Positions 48,514 through 59,656 of a DNA stretch of 64,000 bases are shown here, piece by piece; positions within the stretch are counted from its first letter, which is position 1; every line of letters starts with the position of its first letter. The notes beneath the pieces are model-generated. The model did not search any database and was not told the DNA's origin. It was given only the letters and a program-made list of their open reading frames with translations. The position numbers were made by a program, and so were the translations under genes. This DNA comes from a virus: the IMG/VR virus record IMGVR_UViG_3300046786_000331, positions 1 through 64,000 of that record; one strand, given 5' to 3'.

Positions 48514-48909
48514 TTATCCTTCACCACTTGCAGCGGCTTTGTCGTCCTCAGATAATTTCTTTTTACCGGCATTGCCTATTTTATCGGCTTCATCCATTGC
48601 TTCGTGGAACTTCGCATTGGCTTGTGCCTCAACTAATGCCGTTTCCATAACCCTGTCAGATTCAATCATTTTACCTCTTAGATGTAAAACAGTATTGACT
48701 TTCTGGTTTAATCTAATTAAATCATTGTCTAACATTCGAATTCTATCGATAAGAGCAATCAACACAGTATTAGCATCACTAATAACTGGCTTTACCTCTT
48801 TAGTAGCCCATTCCCATACATACTTGATAATGAACCCCATCCCAACTGCCATAACAATCGGGAAGCCGTACTTATTAACTAACTCAACTACGTCCATGCT
48901 CTTCTCCAA
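48514..48909 (-). CDS. single-TM coiled-coil membrane protein
   Basis: LVNKYGFPIVMAVGMG...LIDRIRMLDNDLIRL; paralog of 49093-49374. Confidence 0.65.
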   Translation of the reverse strand: MEKSMDVVELVNKYGFPIVMAVGMGFIIKYVWEWATKEVKPVISDANTVLIALIDRIRMLDNDLIRLNQKVNTVLHLRGKMIESDRVMETALVEAQANAKFHEAMDEADKIGNAGKKKLSEDDKAAASGEG

Positions 48910-49096
48910 AACTTACTTTGTAGCCTCTTACAAATGCTTCCAAAGGATCTACTTTAACTAACATTTGACGACCATTTACATTAGTAAATCTAAATAGATC
49001 ACCGTGTTTATAACCTAGCTTATCTGTGTTAAGTTCTTCATCTAAAAGAATTCTATTAGGGCTTAAATCCCAGGAGTAATCGAAATGTAGCATCAA
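48884..49096 (-). CDS. hypothetical protein
   Basis: 70-aa coupled ORF. Confidence 0.55.
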   Translation of the reverse strand: MMLHFDYSWDLSPNRILLDEELNTDKLGYKHGDLFRFTNVNGRQMLVKVDPLEAFVRGYKVSFGEEHGRS

Positions 49097-49374
49097 TCTC
49101 TCCTAGCATCATTCTTACCGTCTGCTCGGGCAATACGATCAACATCTGGACGAAGTCCTAATGCGTTACTTACAATAGTATCAATACGGACAACATCGTG
49201 ATTCATAGTTTTTACACGATTGTCTAGGGCTGTAATAATACCAGCCATACCTCTGATACTGCCCAAAACGCCTTGTAACAGCAGTTTAATAGTTAAGTAG
49301 ACAAAATAGCCACCTGCAAGCGCAGTTGCTACTGGCATACCTAAGTCGCCAATAATTTTAAAAATATCGCCCAT
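49093..49374 (-). CDS. single-TM coiled-coil membrane protein
   Basis: IIGDLGMPVATALAGG...LDNRVKTMNHDVVRI; TAAATA promoter. Confidence 0.65.
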   Translation of the reverse strand: MGDIFKIIGDLGMPVATALAGGYFVYLTIKLLLQGVLGSIRGMAGIITALDNRVKTMNHDVVRIDTIVSNALGLRPDVDRIARADGKNDARRD

Positions 49375-49466
49375 CGATTCGCTCCCGGGATTATGTACTA
49401 CTATTTAACCATTTGACAAATTTTTAAACTGGTGCTATAATATACACATATTACTCAGAGGGTGTT

Positions 49467-50333
49467 ATGAAGATTAAACTAGTGTCAGACTTACATTTGG
49501 AATTTAGCGATTACAATGTACGTAATGACGAGAACTGCGATGTGTTGATTCTAAGCGGCGACATTATGGTTGCTGTAGATATGTACGACCATCCAGAACC
49601 CGAAGTTCCATATCCACCTGAAATTATTAAAACTCTGGGTAGTCGCCAAGTTACAGCGCAGCGTTTTCGAGACTTTCTCAAACGTTGTAGCTTCCAATTT
49701 CCTCACGTTGTCTACGTAGCAGGTAATCACGAATTTTATCACGGTAAGTGGCATCAGACTCTAGATATCCTGCGTGAAGAATGTAACAAGCTAGGTAACG
49801 TTTATTTCTTAGAACAAGAATCTAAGAAGATTGATGATGTTACATTTATCGGCGGTACACTATGGACAAACATGAATAAGTTTGATCCATTGACTCTACA
49901 CGCTGTTCGAGACATGATGAACGACTATCGAATGATTCGTAAAGAGTTTGAAGGCTACACACTATTAAAACCTTCCGATACCTGCATCCGTCACAGGAAC
50001 ATGTTGGACTACATTAAAACTATTGTAGCAGAACGAGGCGAAGAAAAGTTTGTTGTAGTTGGGCATCACAGTCCTAGTTTTCAAAGTTGCCATCCACAGT
50101 ATGCACACGATAGTTTGATGAACGGTGCTTATCACAGTGACTTGAGCGAGTTTATTTTAGATCGTCCACAGATTAAACTATGGACGCACGGACACACTCA
50201 TCATGCGTTTGATTACATGATAGGTGAAACAAGAGTTGTATGTAATCCTAGGGGCTACCAGTCAACACGCGGTAACGGTGATAGCTGGGGCGAAGACACA
50301 GATTGGAATCCTAACTTAGTATTGGAAGTATAA
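49467..50333 (+). CDS. calcineurin-like metallophosphoesterase
   Basis: SDLHLE, GDI, GNHE, HHSP, HGHTH, NPRGY; consensus sigma70 promoter at 49413. Confidence 0.92.
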   Translation: MKIKLVSDLHLEFSDYNVRNDENCDVLILSGDIMVAVDMYDHPEPEVPYPPEIIKTLGSRQVTAQRFRDFLKRCSFQFPHVVYVAGNHEFYHGKWHQTLDILREECNKLGNVYFLEQESKKIDDVTFIGGTLWTNMNKFDPLTLHAVRDMMNDYRMIRKEFEGYTLLKPSDTCIRHRNMLDYIKTIVAERGEEKFVVVGHHSPSFQSCHPQYAHDSLMNGAYHSDLSEFILDRPQIKLWTHGHTHHAFDYMIGETRVVCNPRGYQSTRGNGDSWGEDTDWNPNLVLEV

Positions 50334-50659
50334 TGGAAATGACAAAACAAGAATTCATGAATGAACTTCGTGGAATTCAACGTATCGTTATTAACGACTG
50401 CTACGGCGGATTTGGTTTAAGCGAACGTGCTTTTAGAGAGTACAAACAATTAGCAGGAATCACAGATCCTGAATTTTACGATCGAAACATTCCTCGCGAT
50501 GATCCGTATCTTGTTAAGGTCGTAAGAGAGTTAGGCATGACTGCAAATGGTGCCCATGCCAATCTTAAGATTGTTGAAGTTCCGGGTGATGTCGAATGGG
50601 ACATTGCAGAATATGACGGTGTGGAATGGGTTGCTGAAAAGCATCGTACATGGTCATGA
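50333..50659 (+). CDS. hypothetical phage protein
   Basis: IVINDCYGGFGLS...IAEYDGVEWV. Confidence 0.65.
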   Translation: MEMTKQEFMNELRGIQRIVINDCYGGFGLSERAFREYKQLAGITDPEFYDRNIPRDDPYLVKVVRELGMTANGAHANLKIVEVPGDVEWDIAEYDGVEWVAEKHRTWS

Positions 50660-53600
50660 AAGTAGAACCTACAAGCTATCCCGGTTGGTCGGGACATCCT
50701 ACATATCTAGTTCGTACATCCAAAGACTACCAAGAAGTCTGTCTTTGGATGTACAAGAATCAAGTAGAACATTTCTTGTTAAGTTCTGGCAGTCCTGGCT
50801 ACACATTTCAAGTCCGTGATAAGAAAGAATGGTTTGCATTAAAATGGCTCTAACAGCAGTAAAAGGCGGATGGGTGGCTATGCGTAAAACTATTGTCAAT
50901 CACTGGCGCTTTGAAAACGGCATTGATCCTGTTAATCCAGGAAGCCAATGGCCCAGTATTCCTCCTCGTGGTTGGTACTGTTGGGTGTATCCTGAAGACG
51001 ACAACGAGTACGAACAGTGGATGTCTAAGATGTGTCCTAGTGCTGAAATAACGCATCGTTTCAACAGTGGTGATCCTATGTACACCACATTCATCAAAGA
51101 CGATGCAGAAGCTGTATTATTTCAACTAAGGTGGATGTAATGAAACCTACTAAGTTAACTATAAAGCAATGGAACGTTCTTAAAAAGCAATTAGCTACTG
51201 ATTACAGTACCAGTGTTGTTTTGATTCGTTCTAAGATGAGAGAACGCCTTGGGTTTACTACTCGAGAACATTCAACCTACACGGATCAATACGGTACAAA
51301 AATAGTCATCTATCTAGATTGGTTTGATGATGCTAAAAGAACTATGTTTATGTTAAAATACAGTGAGTACTTTGATGCAAGCAAGAACTAAAGTTGGATC
51401 AATGCAAGAAATAATGTCAAGTCGCTCTAGAGCGACTTTTCGTTATCGTGTAAATTTTGAATCTATATCAACAGAAAATATCAGAGATATGATACAATGG
51501 TGCAAAGAAAATTGCAAGGATCTGTGGCGAGCGAACAACAACTACTCAAGTTATTTTCAGTTCGCTGACGATTATGATGCTACAATGTTTATGCTGCGAT
51601 GGGGCGGCGCATCTGGAAACACACTAGCATGACTGGATATAAATTGCACGACTATCAAAAAAACCTGATTAATGGTTTCGCAAAAGGCGAGATCACCTTA
51701 ATCACTGCTGGTCGACAAACTGGTAAGAGCACATATTATCAATATGCACAGCAGTGGGCTGAAATGATGACTCCTCAGGCACCTTTTAGAAAAATGTCAC
51801 AAACACTAGTTGACGGACTGCCTTGGTACACTATTAAGTGTAATACTACGGTAGGAGAATTTATACGCAATCAACCTGGGCAAGGCACACGGTGGTATGA
51901 ACACATTGATACAAATTGGTATGTTCATAAAACCATGTTTGATATCTCAGAAGAGTTGTACATTCAAGTTGGATTAAAGTTTGATAATGTATGAAAGTAG
52001 ATCGTAGAACATTACCTAAGTCAGTTCGAGGTGCAGAGCGTCGCGGATATCACATTGTTGAACTGCCATTGTCAAATCTCAACGATAGACACACAAGTTG
52101 GCTTGGAGTTAACATATGGTGTACACGTCAAACAAAAGGGCATTTTGTTAGCAGGTTCCACCCTGATTACAAATTTGCATTTCAAAACGAACAGGATGCT
52201 GTTTGGTTTCGATTGAAATGGGTAGTATGAAACGACTTATTCACAACAACATGACTGTTAGTGAGCAGTTTAATTTGATGCAGCAATTTCGAGATATTAC
52301 CGATCAAGCATGGCGTGTTCATGCTAAAACTGGTGAGTACGAAAATGCTTATCTTAAACGAGACTTTATTGAAGAACGATTTGGCATTCGTTGCACTGTA
52401 CAGAATACCGACAAACTATATCCCAATGTTGGAAGACTTCTTGAGCCTCGTGTTGTAGACGAAAAGAAATGTTTATTTTATTTGATTAGTATCCAATGAA
52501 AATCGTTCGTAAAATTGATAGCCGCAATGCCCTATATGGCAGATATATGTATCAGGTAAAACCTGGCGCAATTGTCGGTGGTGCATCCGAACCTCGCAAG
52601 TGGTGTCGCGAAAAGTGGGGACCTCCTATTCAATGGGTTGAACATAAAATCAGTGAAACTAGTTGGCAGTGCTGGAATGAAAAGAACCCACGATGGACAG
52701 AAGTTAAACGTCCGGGATTCAGTTCTCCTTTCATTTACATTCGTGACGAAGCCGATGCTGTAATGTTTAGTCTTGTTTGGTCCGGTCAATGACAAGTACA
52801 AAGTTTTGGTGTAAGCATTTTGTAGCACTACCACATCTTGAAGTAGGTGTGCGTCGAGAAGCTGCTGAATGGGCTTTAACAAAATTTGGTACACAACAAG
52901 TTGACATATTTCATAATAACCCAGTAGGTCGGCCGGGCTTTTACTTCGAACACGAAAAAGATGCTATACTGTTCGCACTGAGATGGTCATGAGTAATCCT
53001 TACAAATATCGTGTAGAATTTCGTCGAACAGGTGATTGGTACGACAACGAAGGTATGTGGTACCGAATCTCTACTTGGTGTAATAAAACTTTTGGAGCCG
53101 GTAATTGGGATTACTTCTATGACGGATTTGTTTTTGAACACGAGCGCGATTTTATGTTGTTTAAATTAAAGTGGTGCTAACATGATGAGAATAAATCAAA
53201 CCTCCAGACCCATCGAATATAAAACTTGGGTAATAGGTATCAAAGAAGTTACCGAAAATCATTTAAAGTTTCTCAAAGGTTACGATATAACTGCTCGAGC
53301 AGTTATAGACGAGCACTTGATAACAGCTAGTAACGGGCGTCAATATCGTTACGGTGGCGACGGAAAAGCAGAATTTGAAACTACTAACAAAGATCAAGAA
53401 GCTATGTTAAGATTGCTCTACGGCAATAAAATTATGCTTCTAATGGTTGATGTAGTATTACCTAACAGCTTTCAACAATGTGTTTTAGAACATATAAATT
53501 TTAAATGACCCGATACTCGATAAACCAATACGAAGAAAATTTCCAGAAATGGGAAGCTGATAGAAAACGTAAGCGCAATGAGTATTGGGATATGATACGC

Positions 53601-53782
53601 AAAGCTCACAAAGACTACGAAGCTAACGAGTGCTATGGACACAAAGATAATTCGTTCGGTGGATTCCGTTATTGGGTTGAACGTCGATGGGGATTGGCAA
53701 TAGAACTCGTTGACGGAAAAATTAGCGCAGAGTATAATATAGTTGACGAATCAAAATTTTTATTATTTCAAATGAAGTACGC

Positions 53783-54160
53783 ATGAATCTTCGAACACTA
53801 CGGCGTAAGATTCTCATTAGAGAATACGATTACAAAAAAGTTAGAGCCCAGGCATTTACGCCAGTGGGCATTTCTGCATTATATGATCGTGCTAGTTTTA
53901 CACCAGTATCGCTTAGTGATATTGAAAAACATCAGATGCTGGAGATTTTAAAAGGCAAGATTAAAACTACCTGGAAAGATTTAGAACAGCCTGCACTTGC
54001 ATTATACAATGTAAAAGATTATTTGTATGATGTTCGTTATTATGATTGGCGAGTAACTTTTGATGATGAAGGGTATCTATGCGTACAGGCAAGAAAAAAT
54101 ACTCCGCTGAGCCGTATTGGATGGGCGGTGTTCGAAAAAGACCTATCGGCGAGAATATGA
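53783..54160 (+). CDS. hypothetical protein
   Basis: Coupled ORF lacking the family motif. Confidence 0.5.
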   Translation: MNLRTLRRKILIREYDYKKVRAQAFTPVGISALYDRASFTPVSLSDIEKHQMLEILKGKIKTTWKDLEQPALALYNVKDYLYDVRYYDWRVTFDDEGYLCVQARKNTPLSRIGWAVFEKDLSARI

Positions 54161-55120
54161 CAGCTACCGAAGTCTTAGACGAACAAACTAAACTCCAACT
54201 CGAAAAACGTATGATAGACGAGATGGTTGCCAAAGCTGCTAAAGAATTCCAGGAAGAAATGGACTTTACTATATTGGCAGATTTTTATAAAAGTTCTGGC
54301 TGGACTGAAATTGATTTTGACCCTTACCAAAGACCCGAAGCTATTAAGGCGTGGTTAACGAGTAATTGTAAGGGCCATCGTGTGAGTCGAGGTCGCCGAT
54401 TTTTATTTCAAAGACAGAGTGATGCAATTAACTTTGTACTAAGATGGACCGAATAAAAGAATACATTGTAGACAGGTGGTTAACCTGGCGTACAGGTAAG
54501 GATAAGCCCACACGAGATTGGGAAGCATGGTACGAAACAAACATTGTTTATCGTGCCGGCACTGTCTCGAACATGTTCATGCACTTTAAGCATGTCATTG
54601 TAGTTAGTCCTAACACGTTCTTTGATTTATGCGAGCCGTTTGCCTATGTACCTTGTGAAGATGCTAGACAATACTTTTGGCCACAGCGTCCAGTTACTGA
54701 GACTTGTGTTTGGCGATTTGAACGAGTTATGTGGAATCAATGGACCGAGGAATGGGACATTAACGGAATGGGTGATAGAGATAAAGTCTTTGTAGCTACA
54801 AACAATGATGCAGACGCTATAATGATAGCATTGAAGTACGGAAGTTAATATGGAATACTTTTATGGCGGTGGTGGCAGCAGTGATCCAGATTTCATTTAT
54901 CGTTTCCTAGTTAAGGAAGTTACTAATGAAATGTGGAAGTGGTGTGAGAACTATCCGTTGACTGGTCCGTTTGAACGTTGGCATATTAAAAGATATCCGC
55001 ATGAAAACGGCGAACGCACAATAGTACAAATTGAAAGCCGTAAAGCTGCATTTATGTTTAGCCTAGCATACAGTGAATACATTTTAGAAGACAAGACCTA
55101 TAGTTTCGCAAAGAGTATAT

Positions 55121-55552
55121 ATGAACCATTTAACTGATAAAGAATTGATCAATCACGTTATCAAGTTTGATACTGATCCTATTCGGTTGCGTCTTGCAAC
55201 AGCCAACGAACGGACTTCTGGAGCAATCTGGGACGATTTAGTTGATGCGGGAATGGATGAAACATACTGCACGTTTACCAGTGAATGGGGCAGTAACATG
55301 CACGTTGGACGATATATTGAACATTTGCGTGAAGAACTTACTATTCGCGATGACGAACTTATAAATCTACGCCAAGAGCTTGAAGAACAAAAAGCTCGTA
55401 CTATTGCTGATTTGATCAATGAACTTAATCAACAAATTACCACAGAACGATACATAGCAAAAGAAGCTCGTAACGAAGCAAACAAGGCTAGAGAAGAAGC
55501 AGCATCTGCTAGAGAGCAACTTAAAATGTGGAACCATTTACGAACACCATGA
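55121..55552 (+). CDS. coiled-coil hypothetical protein
   Basis: Heptad-rich C-terminal half. Confidence 0.55.
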   Translation: MNHLTDKELINHVIKFDTDPIRLRLATANERTSGAIWDDLVDAGMDETYCTFTSEWGSNMHVGRYIEHLREELTIRDDELINLRQELEEQKARTIADLINELNQQITTERYIAKEARNEANKAREEAASAREQLKMWNHLRTP

Positions 55553-56523
55553 TAGTATGGGGCAGAAGTATAGGATGGAACATTGAATTGCACGGCTATA
55601 AGAAACGCAAAATGGAATACACAATTATTGACAACGGTTGCGATTGCTATCCGTGGACAGAATGTTATGCTTGGTTACCTACTTTAACAATTACCGGTAA
55701 GCGAGTATGGAGACAAAAGATATACAAACGTAAAGTTTGGGTAGTATGGGGTACAGGTTTTCACATGGAACCAACAGTGCAATATGCTACATTTTTAGAG
55801 TTACTCGAACATGGCAATATTAAAAAAATATCCGTGGCCTAATGCCCAGGATTATACTAACCAATTAAATCAACATTTAGCAGACAGCTTCTTTAAGTAT
55901 CATAATCCTTATACTCATAAACCTGTACGTAATAAGTACAATATAATTAGAGACGGAGATGAACAACGAGTGGAAGAATGTAGAGAATTAGTCATACATG
56001 AATTTTCAATGGGAGATGTTGAAGATCCAGATTTATATGCTGCCCAACCTTTATATGAATGGGAAGAAAGTGATTTTGGACAATGGTGTATGAAGAATGC
56101 CTCAGACACTCCTACGTGGCATAGATTAGCTGACCCGGGTACGTTTGGATATCGATACCAAATTCGTGCCAAGTTTATGGGTCCTGCACTTACCGAAATT
56201 CTCCTTAGGAAAGGATAATGGGCGCACCAGTTCCAAGAATTACCGGAGGTATTCGTCGTCCACAAGTGATAGACGATCAAATCTTGGAAGCCCTCAAGGA
56301 CTATCACGTTGTAAAATTAGAATCGGATGAATTTTACAATGATAAGTTAACTTGGTGCTTAGAGCATTGCCAAAATAAATTTCGCGACTTCCGAGGCAAC
56401 AATTGCAGAGCATGGTACTTTAAAGAAGAACAGGATGCTATGATGTTTGCTATGAAATGGAGTAGTTGACAACAATCTAGTTTGATTGTATAATATACAC
56501 ATTATATACTTTGCGAGGTTGAG

Positions 56524-56751
56524 ATGCTGTATCAATTGGTTCTTATTACTAATCTTGGCGCAATGACGCCTTTGGCAACATTTAACGAACAAGGTGCATG
56601 TTTGCGTGAACGTGCAATGATTACTAAAACAGCGCAATACTCGGCAGAATGTTTACCCACACAAAGTCCTGATGAATTGAAAAAGCAAATGCAGGCACAA
56701 ATTAAAGCAATGAATGAAATCTTGCAAGAACTACAAAAGGCACAAAAATGA
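56524..56751 (+). CDS. hypothetical protein
   Basis: After TTGACA-N17-TATAAT at 56466; GAGG SD. Confidence 0.55.
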   Translation: MLYQLVLITNLGAMTPLATFNEQGACLRERAMITKTAQYSAECLPTQSPDELKKQMQAQIKAMNEILQELQKAQK

Positions 56752-57167
56752 AAATCGGTTTTAGTTTCGGCCGATGTATTCGTGATATAGTCAAAGGTGA
56801 AATCGATTACGACGATGTTGCCTGGATTATCTCAGGTACAGCTATGCGAGATTCCTCAGCCGCAATGGCTGTAATTGATGATTATATGCACCGCCCAGAT
56901 TATCTTTGGGGGCTGGAAGAAGAAAAGTGCTTTGAAGTCGGCATGAGACTCTACGAAGAAGGTAAAGTCTTGCAACCTAGATTGCAAGGAGTTCACCGTC
57001 ATCTAATTCCCGAAGGTGCATTGTGGGCAGATATGTTCCCTACTAACATGTCTAACAACCTAGCTGCCAAGTCCTCGTGGGATGCGTATCGTCTAATGAT
57101 ACATATGACAACTCAGGTGCCTGAGGATGTCGAAGAACACTGGAAAGGAAATGGAAATGTTAATTAA
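56748..57167 (+). CDS. hypothetical phage protein
   Basis: Starts MKIGFSFGRCIRDIV; coupled. Confidence 0.6.
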   Translation: MKIGFSFGRCIRDIVKGEIDYDDVAWIISGTAMRDSSAAMAVIDDYMHRPDYLWGLEEEKCFEVGMRLYEEGKVLQPRLQGVHRHLIPEGALWADMFPTNMSNNLAAKSSWDAYRLMIHMTTQVPEDVEEHWKGNGNVN

Positions 57168-57332
57168 AGAAGGAAGCCGTTGGTGGGCAGGTGATAGAAA
57201 AAAGTTTATTGTACTTCATGTTATTGAACAAGAAGGACATACATGGGTACACTACAGAGACGAGTCAGCTGACCCTAAAGAATTTAGCTGTTATAAGGAA
57301 AGTTTTCTTCAACGCTTTACACCTTTGCCAGA

Positions 57333-57623
57333 ATGATCTACTTTGGATTTAACATTGCTAACCCCTGGTGCAAGCGTTGGGAAAATACTTGGAACTACAT
57401 TGCTAATCCGTTTGGGCACAAATATCTTGAACTAGAAGTGTTTAAGGATAACACTATCTTATCGTTTAGTTTTCGATGGGCTGTTAGACAAAGTCATGCA
57501 GGAGTTATGATTGATGTTGGGTTGCTAGGTTATAGTTTCCTTTTCAACTTCTATGATAACCGTCATTGGAATACTGAAGAAGGACGCTGGATGATTTATA
57601 CTGAAGAACTAGGAGAGCACTAA
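57333..57623 (+). CDS. hypothetical protein
   Basis: Coupled ORF. Confidence 0.5.
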   Translation: MIYFGFNIANPWCKRWENTWNYIANPFGHKYLELEVFKDNTILSFSFRWAVRQSHAGVMIDVGLLGYSFLFNFYDNRHWNTEEGRWMIYTEELGEH

Positions 57624-57785
57624 TGAATCAGCATATTTTAGAATTGATGAGGCAGGCAGATTATGCGGCACCTGAGATGGCTAAAAGAGCACAGGTGTTA
57701 GCAGATATGGTTATTAATGACTGTATCCAGACATTGATTAACAATGGATATACTGATGCAGCCAAATGTTTACGCGATGTAAATT

Positions 57786-58280
57786 TTGGAATCGATGATG
57801 CACCCTAACGAAACAATCTTTTACATTAAGAAAGGTAGACGCTATGTTCCGCATAGTACATACAGTTCTGAATTTTGTGATAGCTTTCCTAAAGGTACGC
57901 ACCTAGTGCAATCTTATCCAGGTGGTACTCTGCGTCGATTTAATATCGAACCAGCGTATGCACCTATGATTGCCGCAGGGCGAGTTGCTGAAGATGTAAT
58001 TAGTAAACGCATCATGGATGCTACTGAAATTCGCCGCAATTCACGCAATAAGGAAACTCCGCTTACTCCTGGGCAGAAGGCTGCGTGGGATAAACTAGTA
58101 GAAGAGTTTGGATCCGATGCCAAACAACTAGAGTGGCCCAGCGCTCGTGAGTGTGCCGAAGCTGCTGTTAAAGCTATGACGGAAGAAGCAGAAAAGCTTC
58201 TAGAACATGATAGTGTTCGTAAAGCCTACGATCACTTTTTATTAATGTGTGAGTTAGTTAAAGAAAGAGACCATGCGTAA
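57786..58280 (+). CDS. hypothetical protein
   Basis: 164-aa ORF. Confidence 0.55.
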   Translation: MESMMHPNETIFYIKKGRRYVPHSTYSSEFCDSFPKGTHLVQSYPGGTLRRFNIEPAYAPMIAAGRVAEDVISKRIMDATEIRRNSRNKETPLTPGQKAAWDKLVEEFGSDAKQLEWPSARECAEAAVKAMTEEAEKLLEHDSVRKAYDHFLLMCELVKERDHA

Positions 58281-59223
58281 AATTCTTCTAGCATTGTTGT
58301 TAAGTTTTACAGCATCTGCTAATGCGTTTTGGAATACAGATTTTGATAAAGATGACATTGAGCATTTTCAAAGTCCCATTGTATCAACCGTGGCTCCTGT
58401 TCGTCCACTAAAGAGTACCTACAATCTTTACAATCAAACTGTAAGGTTAGGACTTGCGGCAATGTTGCCAATTGTTCCTACCTTTAACAACAAAGGTAAT
58501 TTGTTTGCTAGCTGGAATCCTAGTCCAAACGGATTCCGTAAGCGTCCTACTATTGTTATTGCTCACGGCGGGCACGGATTAATTAGCACTGACTTTGCCA
58601 CAGCACTATGGTTTAAAAATAAACTAGACTATAATGTATTGGTACTGGATAGTTACTGGAGTCGTGGTATTGAAGAAAACTGGGCAACAATGACTAAGTA
58701 TGGTGCCAACATGCGTATGCTCGATGCACTGGCCGCAGGACAATGGTTGGTCCAACAAGGTGTTGATAACAAGAGCATGTTCCTAATGGGCGGCAGTCAA
58801 GGCGGTTGGACTGTGCTTAGAACAATGACAGACGAACCTTTTATGCGAGAAGCTAATTTGTATCGCGGCGGTATTGCATTGTATCCTAACTGTGATGTAA
58901 ACAATACTAAGTATGCACCTAAACTAGGATCGTATCATAGTCCTGTGATTATTTTTGTTGGCGGACGTGATACAGCAACTCCATATCAGCGTTGCTCAAA
59001 GAAAGTTTTTACCGATGCAGCTAAATGGATCATTTATCCGGATCAAACACATTCTTGGGACTCTGCGAATCGAGGAGCAGAAAATCCAGCCGAGGATGGA
59101 TACTGCTTACGTGCTATGAATATCTACAATAAATTCGAAGTATGCAGGGATAACAAAACCACAGAGGATATGCAACAGCATATTGTTAATTTCATCAACG
59201 AGCTATTAAAGGAAAAATCATGA
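58273..59223 (+). CDS. secreted alpha/beta hydrolase (dienelactone hydrolase-like)
   Basis: Signal peptide; HGGHG, GGSQGG nucleophile elbow, GGRD, THSWD. Confidence 0.82.
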   Translation: MRKILLALLLSFTASANAFWNTDFDKDDIEHFQSPIVSTVAPVRPLKSTYNLYNQTVRLGLAAMLPIVPTFNNKGNLFASWNPSPNGFRKRPTIVIAHGGHGLISTDFATALWFKNKLDYNVLVLDSYWSRGIEENWATMTKYGANMRMLDALAAGQWLVQQGVDNKSMFLMGGSQGGWTVLRTMTDEPFMREANLYRGGIALYPNCDVNNTKYAPKLGSYHSPVIIFVGGRDTATPYQRCSKKVFTDAAKWIIYPDQTHSWDSANRGAENPAEDGYCLRAMNIYNKFEVCRDNKTTEDMQQHIVNFINELLKEKS

Positions 59224-59603
59224 CAGATATCCAACAAGTTGTATTGCTATTAGCACTGCTTGGACTAAAGCACTTTATTGTTGACTTTCCTCTGCAGAAA
59301 GAGTATCAGTGGAAAAACAAGGGCACATACGGGCACCCGGGCGGACTAGTTCATGCTGGTTTACACGGAGTAGGTAGCTTCATTGTTTTGAGCTTCTTTT
59401 TGAGCCCAATGGGTACTGTGTTTTTGAGCTTGTTTGATGCAGTTGTTCACTATCACATTGATTGGGCTAAAATGCGTTTAAATGACAAATTTAAGTGGGG
59501 TCCAACAACACACGAGCAATTTTGGACACTTTTAGGGTTTGATCAGTTCTTACATTGGCTAACGTATGTAGCTATGATTGGGTGGATTACGGGCGCTATT
59601 TAA
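59220..59603 (+). CDS. DUF3307-like membrane protein
   Basis: HFIVDFPLQ, HAGLH, HYHIDWAK, GFDQFLH motifs. Confidence 0.8.
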   Translation: MTDIQQVVLLLALLGLKHFIVDFPLQKEYQWKNKGTYGHPGGLVHAGLHGVGSFIVLSFFLSPMGTVFLSLFDAVVHYHIDWAKMRLNDKFKWGPTTHEQFWTLLGFDQFLHWLTYVAMIGWITGAI

Positions 59604-59656
59604 TAAACAGACGCTTTAATTGCTACTGTGATAAGTAATAGTAGCAAGGAGCTCCC

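Larger units (their letters stand above)
50650..56469 (+). repeat. tandem array of ~17 small divergent paralogous CDS (W-C core; C-terminal [DE]xxDAxxFxL[KR][WY])
   Basis: ORFs at 50650, 50829, 51131, 51363, 51599, 51991, 52203, 52496, 52777, 52983, 53182, 53505, 54079, 54444, 54850, 55811, 56218 share the terminal motif to varying degrees; translationally coupled. Confidence 0.75.

Noticed and set aside
51599-51994. Terminase or helicase from GRQTGKS
   Set aside because: The Walker-A-like motif sits in a ~120-aa ORF without the rest of an ATPase; at most a fused fragment.
50650-56469. Diversity-generating retroelement or DNA repeat behind the paralog array
   Set aside because: No reverse transcriptase, template/variable repeat pair or nucleotide-level repeat seen; the similarity is protein-level only.
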